Shown here: piece by piece, positions 12,201-25,877 of the stretch
Layout: each line of letters opens with the position of its first letter
Position numbering within the stretch: the first letter of the stretch is position 1
Source: the human T2T-CHM13v2.0 reference genome, Homo sapiens
Direction: 5' to 3' (one strand)
NCBI RefSeq assembly: GCF_009914755.1
Contig: NC_060930.1
Length of the DNA: 64,000 nt
Made by a program: the position numbers and the translations under genes
Notes under the pieces: generated by a model
The model's database searches: none
What the model was told of the DNA's origin: nothing
Seen by the model: only the letters and a program-made list of their open reading frames with translations

Positions 12201-15200
12201 TTTTTAATTTCCTTGCATTTATACAGTGTTTAAGGTTCCTTTTGGAATTTATTTCTAGTTTCTGTGCATAGAGGTGTTCATGGTAGGTGTTGTTCTGCTG
12301 TGGTCTGAGAAGATATTTGATATGATTTTAATTTTTTAAAATTTATTGAGATTTGTTTGTGGCCTATCATATGGTCTGCCTTGGAAAATGTTTCATGAGG
12401 GTGAAAAGAATGTACATTCTGCAGTTCTTGGGTAGAATGCTCTGTAAATATTAGTTAGATCCATTTGTCCTGGAGTACAGTTTTAGTCCAGTGTTTCCTT
12501 GTTGACCTTTGGCCTCAATGATCTGTCTAGTGCTTCAGTGGAGTGTTGAAGTCCCCCACTAATACGTTGTTTCTGTGCATCTCTATTCTTAGGTTCAGTA
12601 GTAATTGCTTTATGAATCTGGGAGCTCTGGAGCTGGGTGCATATATATTTACAATTATATATTTTGTTGAATTGATCCTCTTATCATTTTATAATTATCT
12701 TATTTTCTTATTTTTCTTTTTTTTTTTTACTGTTGTTGCTTTAATGTCAGTCTTATCTGATACAAGAATAGTTACTCCTGCTCAATTTTGGTTTCTATTT
12801 GTGTGGAATATCTTTTTTCTATCTCTTTCTCTTGAGTCTGTAAGAATCCTTATGTGTTAGGTGTGTCTCTTGAAGACAGCATATATTTGGTTTGTAATTA
12901 TTTTTTAATCCAGTCTGCCAATCTATGTATTTTAAGTGAAGCATTTAGACTATTTACATTCAACATTAATATTGAGAGTGAGGTGCTATTCCAGTCACAG
13001 TATTGATTGTTAACTAGTGACTTTGTTTTCTTCATTGTGTTTTTTAATAAGTCCTGTGAATTTTATGCTTTCAGGAGTTTCTGTTTCCATTCTGCTGTGT
13101 ATCAACCTTTTGTTTCAAGATGTAAAACTCGCTTTAGCATTTCTTTTATGGCTGGTCTAGTATTGACAAATTCTCTCAGCATTTCTGGTTTGAGAAAGAC
13201 TTTATTTCTACTTCATTTAGGGAACTTAGTTTTTCTGAATATAAAATTATTGGCTGATAGTTATTCTGATTAAGGAGAATAAAGTTAGGATCCCAAACCC
13301 TTCTGGCTTATAAGTTTTCTGCTGAGAAGTCTGTTGTTGGGCTGATAGATTTTCCTTTACAGGTTACCTAATGCTTTTGTCTCACTTCTCTTAGAATGAT
13401 TTCCTTCACACTGATTTTAGATACCTTGATGACCATATACATTGTTGATGTCTTTTTTGCTATGAGTCTCACAGGAGTTGTTTGAATTTCATGTATTTGG
13501 ATGTCTAAACATCTAACAAGACCAGGGAACTTTTCCTCAATGATTTCCTCAAATAGGTTTTCCAAACTATATTTTTTTCTCTCTCAATAACACCTATAAT
13601 ACTTAGGTTTGACTGTTTTACATAATTCCATATTTTTTGGAAGACTTTATTTCTTTTAAATTTTACCTCAGTATTTTATTCATTGGGTTGAACAGTTCAG
13701 GCTTCAGGCAAGTAGGGGGTGCCCATGGGTAAAAACTGGCTGCAGCTAAAGCAGGTGGGTAAATCCAATATCCCCATGTTAGGAAGAGGTCTCAGCCTTG
13801 ATACAGGTGCCTGGGTAAGCTCTCATTGAAATGCACTGAAGTCTTTTCAAAGGAGAGGAAGGGAGCTACCCCAGCTCTCCTTCCAAGCCAGCAGAAAAGC
13901 AATCAGCCTCCTAGTCACACTCCCGACCCAGTGTCCCAGCTATTTCAGATCACACTAACACCCCTTTTTATCTGCAGGAATGCTGATGTTCCATGTAGAG
14001 AGCGAGTTTGACGCTACCTCTTATCTGAGCCTGAGCATGGAGGGCACTCCTCTTGAGGTGATGCAGTCACCCTGAGGTGTTCCAGGAAGGTTGTGTATTG
14101 CACTCATGCCATGCTCCCATGGAAGAAGCCCTAGCTGTGTTTTCAGTAGTGGGAGAAGGGGATTAGAAGTCCTCTTCTCCAAAACCCTTCACTAGCACTG
14201 TGGCTGCCTGATTGTTGGGGTACAGCTGCAGACTCCTCACTGAGCCCAGCACTGCACCTGTACCTGTGCTGAAATAAACTTCTCACACGTCGAGAGTTCA
14301 GAGACTCAGGCCTGCAGGCTGGTTTTCTTTGTCCTATGGGGTGCTTCCTTAATGTGATGCACTTCTCCTTTCGCTTGGAGTAACAGCCCCTGAGGGACAG
14401 ACTACTGAGAATCCTTGTGCTCTTCTGGGCTCTTCTGGGTCTAGCTGCTGATTGGGACTGCCACACTCCAGGATGGTGCTGGGGAATGTCTGTAAGAGAT
14501 CCAGTGATGTGACCTCCCCTCTAATCTCCTAGCAGTGGGTACCAGCATCTGCACTGACAGGAGTGGAAGGAGAATGACATAGACTCTGAGGTTTCCTTGG
14601 TTATAAATAGCCTTAGTATATTGGCTTCCTCAGATGCCAAATGTAGTAGTAATGTACCTGACACATGGACTCAAGACCTCCTGATTAGCCAGGGTAATCT
14701 AGGCAATGGAAATAGCTGATATCATGCAAAAGTTTTCTCTTTCTTTACTGTTGTGTTATTGTGCCTGCAAATTTTGTAATGGGCTATGCCAGTTGACCTC
14801 CATCTGGGAGCTGGTGATTGCAAAAAGCACCAGCTGTGGTGGTAGTGGTGGAAGAAGTGGAATTTATGTTTTCCTTGTGTTACCCAGGGAATGTACTCTG
14901 GTGCCTCAGGCAAGACGGAGGGCCATGGAGCTCTTAAATGTTCCTGTTGTGTTATCCTACCAGGGTGGGTGGAGAGGCCAGGTAGGGGTTGGGCCAGGTA
15001 AGTCTGTGCTCTGGCTCCCTGCATGCAGGCACAAGTATCGGCTCCAACGGAGATCAGAAGGCAGTTCCCTAGCCTTTGGAGAAATGTTCCAGGGAGGAGC
15101 ACAGCTGCCCCTGCTGCACAAAATAATCCACACAGAGACGGGGGATGGTAGCAGGCAGCAGTAAGCCCCACTCAGCTTCTACACACTTGAAAAGGCATGT

Positions 15201-15935
15201 CTTAGAACCAGTGTTTTGCTAGTGGCAGCCAGCTGGGTTCCAGGCAGCCTGTGCTCAGAGCTCAAAACTGCCTCTGGCCATAAGCTTTCCCAATGGAGAC
15301 AGAAACCGTGCTTTCAGGCCACACCCCTCCGCCCCTGCCCATGAAGCTGAGGTGTCCAACTCCTGCACCCATGTTTATAACACACTTCTTACTTGCCCCT
15401 TGATTCTGCTCATCAAGGTTCCTTCCCATTCAATATTCGACTGCAGATCTTCATTGGGAGCTTATCTCAACCTGTGCCCACCACCTGAGTTAGCTGGCAG
15501 AGTTCTGTGAGGTCCCCTGTGAGGTATGATCTGGAATGGCTTCCCTCTGTCCCTGCTTTAGTCTGGGAGTGAATGCAAAGCACGCCCTGATGCCTCTCCT
15601 TCTCATATATTCCTCACTGCTCACTAAATCACCTCCAGCACTGGGTAGGGTTAAGGCCTTCCCTGTGGCGGGGTTTGCCTGGCTCCCCTGTGGGAGTGTG
15701 CATCATGAAGGCAGTCTCTCTCCTACTCATCCTCTAGAGATACAGTGTTCTGTCTGATTCATCGTGTAGGCTACTGCTTGCTGCTTCTTTCGAAGGTCGG
15801 TGGTTTCTGTAAGTTATTCTGTTAAGTTTCTGAGTTGCTTCTTGGAAAACAATTCACAGAGTAAATTTCTACATACTATTTTCTCTTTCCAAGTGAGAGA
15901 GGCATGCTACCGATGTCTCCAATTCACCATCTTTG
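8752..15935 (-). mobile_element. Near full-length L1PB-type LINE-1 (long 5'UTR, partly deleted ORF1, decayed ORF2, 3'UTR, degenerate poly-A)
   Basis: T-rich tail 8752-8830; L1PB 3'UTR (GGTTTTTGGTTACATG..AGTGGTGAAGTC); ORF2 fragments ([14 protein letters not shown]; [16 protein letters not shown]); ORF1 fragment 13368-13565 (ENLFEEIIEEKFPGL); GC-richer 5'UTR ending in CCATCTT (AAGATGG) near 15930. Confidence 0.92.
9174..9208. repeat. (TG)n microsatellite inside L1PB
   Basis: Directly visible. Confidence 0.97.
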
Positions 15936-18224
15936 CAAGGGGTGGGAGGTGGGGAGGAATTACATCAACTTTTTTAAATTTGAGATTGGCTGCTCTTTTC
16001 TAATATTTTAGCATCATGCAGGACAGCAGACAGATTAGTTGCTATATTTCCTTCTCTGCTTTTTCTCTGTTTCATACCTACAACTGAGGTTTTGATATGA
16101 CTTGAAGCTACAACATGAAATATGATGTTATCTTTTTTATTCCCTTTTTATGATTATCCAAAACAGTAATTTAACACGCTATTCTGGAGCGTTCCCTTTC
16201 TCATGCTCACTACTAGGCTTAGCAGTCCACTTTCCAAACCTATATTTATTCCATTAAAATGAAGGCTATATGCCATGATTGATTTTCTGACATTTATCTC
16301 TGTCCCTTGCAATCTCAAATATTTCAGAGTCTTGGTGATCACATCAGAAAATCAGCTTTTGGTCTATTGAATTAGCTGTTCTCATAAAATATTTTCTTAT
16401 TATGATATAAAATTAGTACTTTTTTAATATATTGTTTACACTTCCAATATATTTAATACCAGTCTCTTGGGATTTATGTCATAGATATTTCTAAAATTTT
16501 GAAAACTAATATTTTAAGACATAATTCTATTTCCCAGGTTCAAAGTATCTCTGGGCTTCTACACAGTATTTTCTTCATAGTTTTTTGTTCTTATCCTTTT
16601 CCCAAATTATACTAAATGCACATACAACCTCCCCAACCTAATCTGGATGGCTTTATAAAGCTTGCATTTGGTAGCATTTCTGAAGATACCTTTTGCTCTT
16701 GTACAAGACACCTTTTGTTCAGTCAGTCTCCTGCTAATAGTTTATTTTCCTGAAGAGGTCAATTTTTATCTATTTAATGAATCCAGTTTCTAGCACTTTG
16801 AACACTAAAAGCCTCATGTTCTTTCCTGAATGCTAAAAGCCCGCCTTGTCATGAGACACACTGCTGCCATGCCAACAGGCTGGCAAACGTTTATTTTGAA
16901 CTGGCAACAGGCACATCTCTCCTACTGATTTTTCCCAAAGCTTTTTTGATTCATTTGGCATTCACCCTATCAAGTATGCAATTAGAAAGTACTATAACAA
17001 TTAAACATTATAGCCCTTCTTAATATTTTCAAACTTACTCCACAAAGAAGTGCACAGAAAATTTTCTATCTTAATATTTATAATTTCAAACTCCTTAGTG
17101 TTGTGTAATTATTCCTGGGAGGTACAATGTGTGAGCTGTTTACATGAGATGAATGGAACCATGAATTTATAAGTACATGCTCCATTACACTCATGGTGTA
17201 TTGCTTCTTAATTTACATGTTGCTTTGGGCCATGAAGGAGATTATTCCGGTAATTTTAACAGAGCTTCTTTCAGAATCTGTAGATTCATCTCCCAAGGCT
17301 CCTTTTCATTCTGTGATTTGAAAACCATTTGGTGGGCAGAAATTTCACCATGTGTTTGTCAGATAAATTTCCTACTTATCATATTTGGCTTATGGCAATA
17401 TGGTGGTTTTAGAAGAAGAAAGCATGAAACCCATGACTTACTCTAATGGGACAGGAAACTGTAGAGTTAGAAGACAAAGAACATAATTACATTTTTATGA
17501 GCAAGCATGTAAATATATTACTAAAAATGTTCATTTAAATAGCATAGTCAAATGTAGAAAGAAGAAAAACTGTCAGAAGCCAGACTAAAAAATCCTTCTA
17601 TTTGACTTCCAGACTGCTCTATCTAAAGAACTGACGTGATCAACTTTGTATGCCTGCCTAAAAGGCACCTTAATTAACTAAAAATATTAACCAGGATCAT
17701 ATTGGAGGAACAAAAAATTAGAACTTGTAAAGCTTAAAAGTAAATATTACATCCAAATAAAATGAATAACTTAACTTTAGAAGAAAACAGTATTTAACAT
17801 ACCCAATTAAGCATATTTGTCACTAAATTTCCCTTTTTAAACAATTCAAAATTATCAGTATTTCCTGTGGTGGAAGAAGTCTGAGAGTTATTCTGATTTT
17901 CCTGTCATGTATATAACATATTGATAAGATCAAAATGTATGGCTTCATTCGAATGCAAAGTATTGGAAAATAGCACTAATTAAGTCAGCAGACATGAGTT
18001 TTTCACAAATTAATTGTATGTCTTGGAAAAAGTTTCTGAAGCCTTCTGTGTAAAACATGATAGCTAGAATAGAAATGGCCATAAGGTCATTCTTGGAAAG
18101 TCAGAAATTTCTTCCTAACCTACTACCAAACATAGGTGAACAAAAGAGAGACAAAATTTTATTTCAGATTTACTGACTTTTGGGAAGTGCATTGTGTGGA
18201 AAATAAGTGATTGGATACTTATGC

Positions 18225-18485
18225 TTTGACAATTAAATTGATGAGATCATAAGGTTGCCTGGAAATGGCTGGAAAAAAATGCCTCTCTGAATGTGTTAGG
18301 GAATGTTTCCCAAATTGCACACGCTCTCTGTCCTTTGTCTTATTCTGAACTCTTGGAGACTCTCCTGCATTTAGGAGGTTTGTGGATTAAAGCTGGGAAA
18401 CCAGTAGATAGTATCATATATTTTGAAAAAGCTCATAGGGTATCTAATATGATCGTTTCCTAACACAGCAGAAGAACACTGGTTT
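18225..18485. mobile_element. Possible MLT2 5' fragment followed by a MER5-like fragment
   Basis: GGCTGGAAAAAAATGCCTCTCTGAATGTGTTAGGGAATGTTTCC resembles MLT2; TTTTGAAAAAGCTCATAGGGTATCTAATATG..GAAGAACACTGG resembles MER5. Confidence 0.4.
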
Positions 18486-19054
18486 CAATTGATTTGATAT
18501 TTTTTGACAGTATATGTAGCTGTGTGGACAGTATTTTCCTAACCTTTCCCAAATGAAATATCAACAATATATAAACATTCACACTTTTTAAATTAACTCG
18601 TGAAGTTTTATCAATGGAATCCTTGAAATCCAATCACTTTTAATTATAATTTTAGTGAATCATCACTCTTGAACTTCAAAAAGTATTGTTATTAAGGCTA
18701 ATCTGAACTGTTTGTTCACCATAATTATACATATGTTATATTCTACATTATACCTTATAATTGCACATAGTAAATATTCATTAGATATTTAGCTTTTCTT
18801 CAATATATAGGTCCTTTGACTGCATACACTTGTCTTCTTACTCCTGAACGTATCTGTGAACATAAGTCATGAGAGGAAAGTGTTCCCTGAAAATTAGATG
18901 AACTAAGGTTATGAAAAGCTCATTGAGAGAAAGCTGATAAGACGACAACCTCGTGCTACAGTGCTTGTTGTATAAGCCCAGTCATTTATCCTTATCAGGG
19001 CCCCAAGAGGAATAGAAAATGCACAGGTAACTAAAGCAAAAACACTCAAAATTG

Positions 19055-19255
19055 CAGTTTATTAAATGCATACTATGTACAAGGCAGAACACTAAATATA
19101 TCCAGCTTATTCCTTTCCACAACTTCAGGAGGTTAATAATGCTTTACCTGTTTTAGTGATGAGTTTAAGTAACTTATTGCGGCTGTAGAATGAGTAACAC
19201 TATAGTTAACTGGCATTTGCCTCAGTTCTGCATGATTCTAAGTGCATGGACTCCA
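19055..19255 (-). mobile_element. MIR SINE fragment
   Basis: TTTATTAAATGCATACTATGTACAAGGCA..CCACAACTTCAGGAGGT..TTTTAGTGATGAG..TTAAGTAACTT. Confidence 0.65.
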
Positions 19256-20139
19256 GAGTTATGTAGAGATCAATATTAGAGACCCTCGTTTGCAGCTTAC
19301 TAGGTATAGAATCTAGGAAAGCTGCTGATAACTCCAACACAGCCCTGAACACTCCTATGTGTACTTAGTAAGTTGGTTTTGCTACTGATACTTAAAGTAC
19401 ATGGGCAACAAAATCACAATCAAAATGATTTGTTAAGTATAGAATAAGATCAAGGAAAGTTTAGGAATTTAAATATTCAACAACTTCAAGCTAATACTGC
19501 CCCATAGCAATAATATCACTGGTTGTGTCTCAAACATAGAAGCATAGTACTCTTCAAGTACATATTGATAACTTTGTTGGAAGGGATTGAATGTATATTA
19601 AATGTAAGTGTGTATATGTATAGATAGATGTAAATATATAGGTCTACAGACAGATATATAGATACACATGTGACACGTCAAATTTTCGTCACACAAGCAA
19701 CAAAAATGCTTCCCCAAATCTTCAAAATACTGAGAATATGTAGTAGATAGACACTGAAAATATTGCATTCTAGAGCATTGTAAAGATACAATCAGAAAAT
19801 TTCATTTGGCCAATGAGAAGAAAAATAATCACTCTTTTATAATTTCGAGCAGACAAACACAAAGCAAAGGTCCTGTATATAAGTCTGGAAATTCCTAATA
19901 TTAGATGACATGGAATCTTTTTTCCTGGGACATTGCTTAGATGAGTACTACAAATATTTACTCTCATTCTTCTTCTTAGACAAGGTCTACTTTGCTGTTT
20001 ATTATGCAGTCCTTCCATAAACAAGTACATGAATTTCCATGATTTTAAATATTAATATATTGATCATAATGATATATTGATAAACATTGGTATGTAATAA
20101 TTTAAATTTATTTAAATTATTAAATAAGTTAATAATTTA

Positions 20140-20585
20140 TTTCACTTGCTGCTTTTAAATATTTTAACTACTTCCCATTATTCATAGAATAAAATAAGCA
20201 ATCATTGTCATGGTCTAATAGGCCTTGAGTACTTTAGTCATTTTTAAAACTTCTCCAGGCTTAGGTTCCATCACTCTTCCTCTTCAGCTATTAATAATAG
20301 GCTTTTCACAGTTTTTCAGAAGTTCCTTTAACTTTCCTGCCCTTGGCCTTTGAACGTACTGTCCTTGTTAGTGAAACACTTGTATTTCCACTTGGTTTTC
20401 TAGCTAAATCCTATTCATCCTTTAGTGCATACCTTAAGAATTACTTCTTTAGTGAAGCTAATCTCAAAGACAGGTAAAGTCTTATTTTACATTAATCTCC
20501 AGTGCTTACTCTTTGTAAGAACTAAATTGATACTTACAACAGCTTATACATAGTATGTTTTAAATAAAAAGAATGAATAAATGAT
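20140..20585 (+). mobile_element. L2 3' end fragment
   Basis: CTTCCCATT..CATAGAATAAAAT; GGCCTTTGAACGTACTGTCC; GCTAAATCCTATTCATCCTTTAG; terminal GAATGAATAAATGA. Confidence 0.7.
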
Positions 20586-20974
20586 TATTCTATGCTTTTA
20601 TTGAATTCCAAAAGTATTTTAGAATACTATACTTAAGAAAATTTAGATAGGTTAATGGGAGGTTAAGCCCTGTTCTGAAAGTTATTTTGTTTCTTGCGGG
20701 TAACTTTTCATATGATGCATTTTTTTTTTCTTTAAATACTGATTTTTATGATTTTTACCCCATTATTTATAAATACTGCACACAGTAAATCTCAAATATA
20801 GAAATAGTGACATTTCAATTTAGTAGACTTTAAAATGGTTTCATTATCTCTTTTTTTAGTGATGATATTTTAGCTCCTTAAGTTCATGGCATATCTCTGA
20901 TTTCTTCTACCCTCCACAATATTTAGTGTTGGAATCTTTCTCCCTATCATTTTTGTCATAACATCATCTTTATT

Positions 20975-21135
20975 GCTCACACAAACAGAGTACTTAATGC
21001 CAGATACAATCTTCACAACAATTTTGAGATAAGTACAACTATTGTCCTCATTTTAAAAAATGAATAAACTGAGGCAATCTTCAAAGTGACTTCTTCCATT
21101 AGCAAATATCAGGGGAAGAATTTAACCCAGGAAGC
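20975..21135 (-). mobile_element. MIR SINE fragment
   Basis: AATCTTCACAACAATTTTGAGATAAGTAC..ATTGTCCTCATTTTA..ATGAATAAACTGAGGC MIR core. Confidence 0.7.
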
Positions 21136-22071
21136 CTTTCTAAGGAGTCTTTTTAAAATTGGCATTCAAAGAATATAGATTTAGTAGTGTAAGACTGCCA
21201 GAATATCTAGCAATCTGTGTATTCATAACAGAATAGCATAAATACATTCAAAAGCAGAACTACAGACATTGGAATAGAGACCCCAGATAGACATTTGATT
21301 GGTGTGTGCTTTTGTATCTGCCCAGGAGAGAGGTATCAAATAACAGCAAACATAGCTGCCAATAACAAAACTCATTCTGATATTCATAACTCTTTTCTTT
21401 TCTCTGAGTCTATATACATTGCTAATAACAATGTCATTCTGTTTCTAATATCATAGTAGCTTACTCCAATAAAGAAGTGAAAATCAGTGTAGGCTTCCTG
21501 TCATTAGCTTTTCTCATGAAATTTAATGTTTTTTTCCTCCTGTATGGTAGTAATTTGTGTGACTAATAGCTTATATATTTTATTAACTAGCAAGCCGTTC
21601 TGTTTTGTTAATTACTAAATAAAATAGTTGTCAACTATGTCTGGATTTTTTCAAATGTGAAAAAACTACAAAGAATGTATTATAATTACAAAAAGCACCT
21701 ATTCTGCAAGTTTGAGATGTTAAGAAACAATTTGTGAATATTTTTGAAAATTTGATTATAAAAAATTGAGAACAAATTATTCAAAAAATATATAATAATG
21801 TAACTCTGTATGTTGTTATTGATATAAATCCAAATAAATTCTTCTTATTCTCATTCTCTCTCTTAAAAATAGAAAAATCTGTTTGATCTATGACTATCTT
21901 TAAGAAAATGAGATGTATCTCCCTTCTGCAGTTTTCAATTCATATAAACATATAAATGGACTTTTGCCACCTTATGTAAAGAAGAGCTAAAATAAATTTT
22001 CACCAAAAATAAAGAACCATCAAAAGGGATTGACAGTTGTCCAAGTTTGAGCCTATTCCATTCTTTATCGG

Positions 22072-22471
22072 AGTGTTAGGTCATTACTGAATTGCTATAA
22101 AGAAATACTTGAGGTGGTGCAATTTATAAGAAAAGATGTCTGATTGGCTCACAGTTCTACAGGCTGCATAGAAAACATAGCACTGCTATCAGCTTCTGTT
22201 GAGGACCTCAGGAAGGTTACAATAATGATGGATAAAGAGGGAACAGGTGTCTTACATGGCAAGAATGGGAGCAAGAGAGACAGTGAGGAGAAGTCACATA
22301 ATTTTATAACAACCGGATCTCATGAGAACTGATTCACTATTTTCAAGCAACACCAAGCCCTGAGGGATCCACCCTCATGACCCAAAAACACCTCCAACCA
22401 GGCCTCACTTCCAACCCTGAGGACCACATTTCAGCATGAGATATGGGGGGACAAATATCCAAACTCTGTCA
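22072..22471 (-). mobile_element. MSTA-type ERVL-MaLR solo LTR
   Basis: ATTGCTATAAAGAAATAC..TTGGCTCACAGTTCTACAGGCTG..CATGAGATATGGGGGGACAAATATCCAAACTCTGTCA; about 400 bp. Confidence 0.88.
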
Positions 22472-22559
22472 TTCAGTAATTTGAAATAAGAAATAGAAAA
22501 ATGAGTGACTTGACTCTTAAATTGGACATTGTGGGCAGTAAAGTAAGTAGAACCAGCTA

Positions 22560-22878
22560 ACAATGGCACCATTATATGCCAACACTGAGCAAATTAAATT
22601 TGAGGAAGCTGAAACCGAACACTGAGCAGAAGAACTGTTATACTTAGGAGATATTGATGTATGTGTACACAGAGGAATAGAAAACAAAGACCATGCAGTC
22701 CTAGACGTGGAGAGAGGATCACTGTCTAAAGACTTTCCAGTTTTGAGGGAGTTCCAACTGTGTTGCTTCAAATTGGATGCCTGGAGTTCTCTGTACATTT
22801 ACAATAACCTACCTTTATAAGCTGGGCTTATCAGAAGACTCTTGGACCCATGAAACCAAATCCTTCCTGAATAAAACA
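22560..22878 (+). mobile_element. Possible old MLT1-type LTR remnant
   Basis: 3' end ACAATAACCTACCTTTATAAGCTGGGCTT..GAAACCAAATCCTTCCTGAATAAAACA resembles old MLT1 termini. Confidence 0.35.
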
Positions 22879-24534
22879 ACCTCATTCTAAACAGTTAACC
22901 TGAGAGTGCATTTTCACGCAACGGAACTTCTTTTGATTGTAGATAAATAACCACAGCTGTTTATATTTGGATCATGTAATATATAAGAAGGATAATTCTT
23001 CATCGGGTATATTCAGATATTGACTCCTTACTTTACAATTTTTTACTCTAGAGGTCAAATTATCAAATAATATTTTTATTTTTAGAAACTTCAATACATT
23101 AAAGCTTTTTAAAAGCAAAACAATAATTATATTTAAAAACTGAGAATGACTGAAAAACTGTATAATAAGAACTATTTGTATTTTTTCTCTAACTCTATAA
23201 CTACTTCTAAGTTACATAGACAAAAATCATAGAAAAAGTCTGAGTTCTAGGTTATCCTCAGTGAACTGTGACACTTACCTTTATGTAAGTGTCAGTCATA
23301 AAATCCCTTTCTCCCTCTCTAAAATTCCCAAAGTTATATGGTCACCTTGATCCCATATCCTTCCTTCCAGATCATTGTCCTGATATCCACTACCTGAAAA
23401 ACCAAGCCTAAATGTTTCACGAGTTGATTCCAGGACCTGCATAGACATGGATCTCTTCTTCAATGTATCCTCTACAGGGTGGGCTCTGCTGCAATTACGT
23501 TGATCTCTAAGCCTAGGAGTAGAAGACTGGGGACAAAGAATGGTTCTTGTCACACACTGTGGACACAGCTTAAATAGGCTGTTGTGTCCATGCTCATGTG
23601 CAAAACTCTTGTCATGGTGAGAGTTTGAACCTGGCAGAGGTGGAGAAGGGGAGATCAGCCAAAGGCCAGGAGCTGGCTCTCTCCTTACTAGCATATTCTT
23701 GTTCAGAGCTCAGAAGAGTCTAAGTATCCTCCACTCAGATATGATCTTCCACATTATTATGAAGGAATGTTAGTCAGGTGAAGAAGATAAAACACATTTC
23801 ATTGATTGGTTATAAGTTTTGGGTATTCAACACATAGTATATGGACTTTAATTGATATTATCACTCCCTGAACTATAAATATGTTAAGGGCAGACCAGAG
23901 ATAAGACATAGTCTTTTCTCCAATAATATCTATTAAAATTTAAAATTTTTGGTCTAGAATATCAATACATTTTCATTTATTTTAAGAGTAATGTGAACCT
24001 GGATTCTAAGCAGACTGGCACTTTTTCTTTTTTTATATTAATTCTGGGACCACAACTGGATAATGAATTAATCCTAGACCAGTCTGTGTATATTTTGGGT
24101 CCCAAATTATTTCTATTCCAGGTGTCCTGTGGTATCTGCTTTCAGATTTAGAACTGTTGCTATTCAGATGGTTTTCAGTGTTTGGTAATGTACTGGGTCA
24201 AGAGGGTCTTTAAGTATCTGTTGTCTGTCAGTTGATTTTGCTGAAAGACTATATTTCCTTCTAAGGCCCTGCAAATTTTTTCCTGGGTGGTGCTGCAGTC
24301 CTTTATGCTTCTGCACTGTAGTGGCTCTCAAGCCCATTGATGGCTTACTACATACCCTTTTGAGGAGACCCAGGAGTGTCAATCATATAATTCTCTCCTC
24401 ACTATCATTACTCAGTTCAACCCAGACACATATTAGTCAGTGAGTTTCTTGGGGTGTGCATTTTCTCTGGTCCAGTCAGCTTATCTTTCTTATTAATCAG
24501 TATCTTTTTCAATCTAAAGAAAGAAAAGGAAGGC

Positions 24535-25877
24535 ACAAGATAGCCAACAAGACATAGCCAGGAAAAGCCTCTTGCACCAAATGAGACAATAATATCAAGT
24601 AAATGAACATATATCCAACTCATCTTTTGAAAAAAAAATTGAGAGTTGATAGAGAAGTGACACCGACAATGAGGCTGAAGAGGGGGAACCTAAGAGCCCT
24701 GCAAGGGGTTGTTGTGTGCACCACGACTCATTCTTGGCCCTGAATGACTCCTAAGGAAGTGGTGAGTTAAATAACTGTGGGACAACCCACTGTCACTGTG
24801 GTATCCTAGCTACAAAGGATCCTACAAACTCCATCGACAGTTGAGCTAGTTGGAGATACTTCCCAGAAAGTAGGCAGATACAGAGCTTATGCCTTCACAG
24901 AGCCTAGAGTGTTTTATAAAGAGACAGCTGCAACAAAACACAGCCATAGGGGTCTATCTCCCAGGGCTCTCCATACTGCTGTGAGTGGCTGTAGCCTTTG
25001 TTCACTGCCAGATCTAGAAAAAACAGGGCTGTCTTTTCTATAAGACTGGGGATGTCAGGTCTGTATGCACCTTACTTGCAAGCCCCTCCAAAGGTCCATG
25101 CCTGGCCACTCCCACAGAAGCAGGCTTGTAGCACAGTCTCAACTGTTCCACTGAATTGCCTTTCTGGTGGCCCCCACTGGAGCATTTTGCTGGCTACCTG
25201 TGCTGGAGCACTTCTCCAGTAACCCCTGTGAGAGTGTTTTGCCAATGGCCTGAGAGCATCTTGGCCCCTAACACAGCTGGTGCATAATATTTAGAGGCCG
25301 GATTAAAAAGCCATGGGTCTGGTGTGAACACCTCAGAGTTAGAGCACAGAACCTAGGAGTGCAGAACTGAGATCTGTGGCCAGAACTCAAGTGAGGGAAA
25401 AGCCCTCACTCTCAGAACACTGGGGAGAGAGAGGCATGGGTTTGTGGGCCAATGTTGGAAGCCGGGTGTGCCTCCCACCACAGGGCTGGCTTGGGAAGAG
25501 TGTGGTTTGTCTGCCAGCCACAGCTTCTGCTTGGTGGATTCCCTTGGCTCAGGACATCTAATTGCCTAGTGATCTGGGCATAGGAAGTTTGGGACAAAAC
25601 TAACTAATTGGGCCAGATACTGAGAAGGAGATCTCTTCAAGGGAGAGTGGAGAATGAGTTGGTGGTCCCCACAGCTGCCTGCTGGGTAAAAATCCCCAGG
25701 CTGCAACAGTTTCACCTACAGCAACACCACTATCCCCAAAGATTCCCCACCCTTGGCCTTCTGCATCAAGAGACCACCTGTAGACATACCCAACAACCCT
25801 TTCTGACATTGTCCAGCACAGAAGACCAGCAGGTTCCCACAGAACAGCAGGTCTCCTGACAACCTAGCCTTTGGTTT
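24535..25877 (+). mobile_element. Isolated old L1 5'UTR (L1P4/L1M1-like) with no downstream ORFs
   Basis: Starts AAGATAGCCAACAAGACATAGCCAGG (cf. AAGATGGCCGACTAGACGCAGCCAGG), then TTGAGAGTTGATAGAGAAG..GGCTGAAGAGGGGGAA; GC-richer. Confidence 0.65.

Noticed and set aside
14143-15171. Overlapping 107-152 aa ORFs
   Set aside because: Chance ORFs in the GC-richer L1PB 5'UTR with no recognisable domain
20095-20122. 13-bp-arm palindrome
   Set aside because: Pure A/T low complexity; expected by chance
23296-23694. 132-aa ORF as a gene
   Set aside because: No recognisable homology or domain; kept only as context for the donor hairpin
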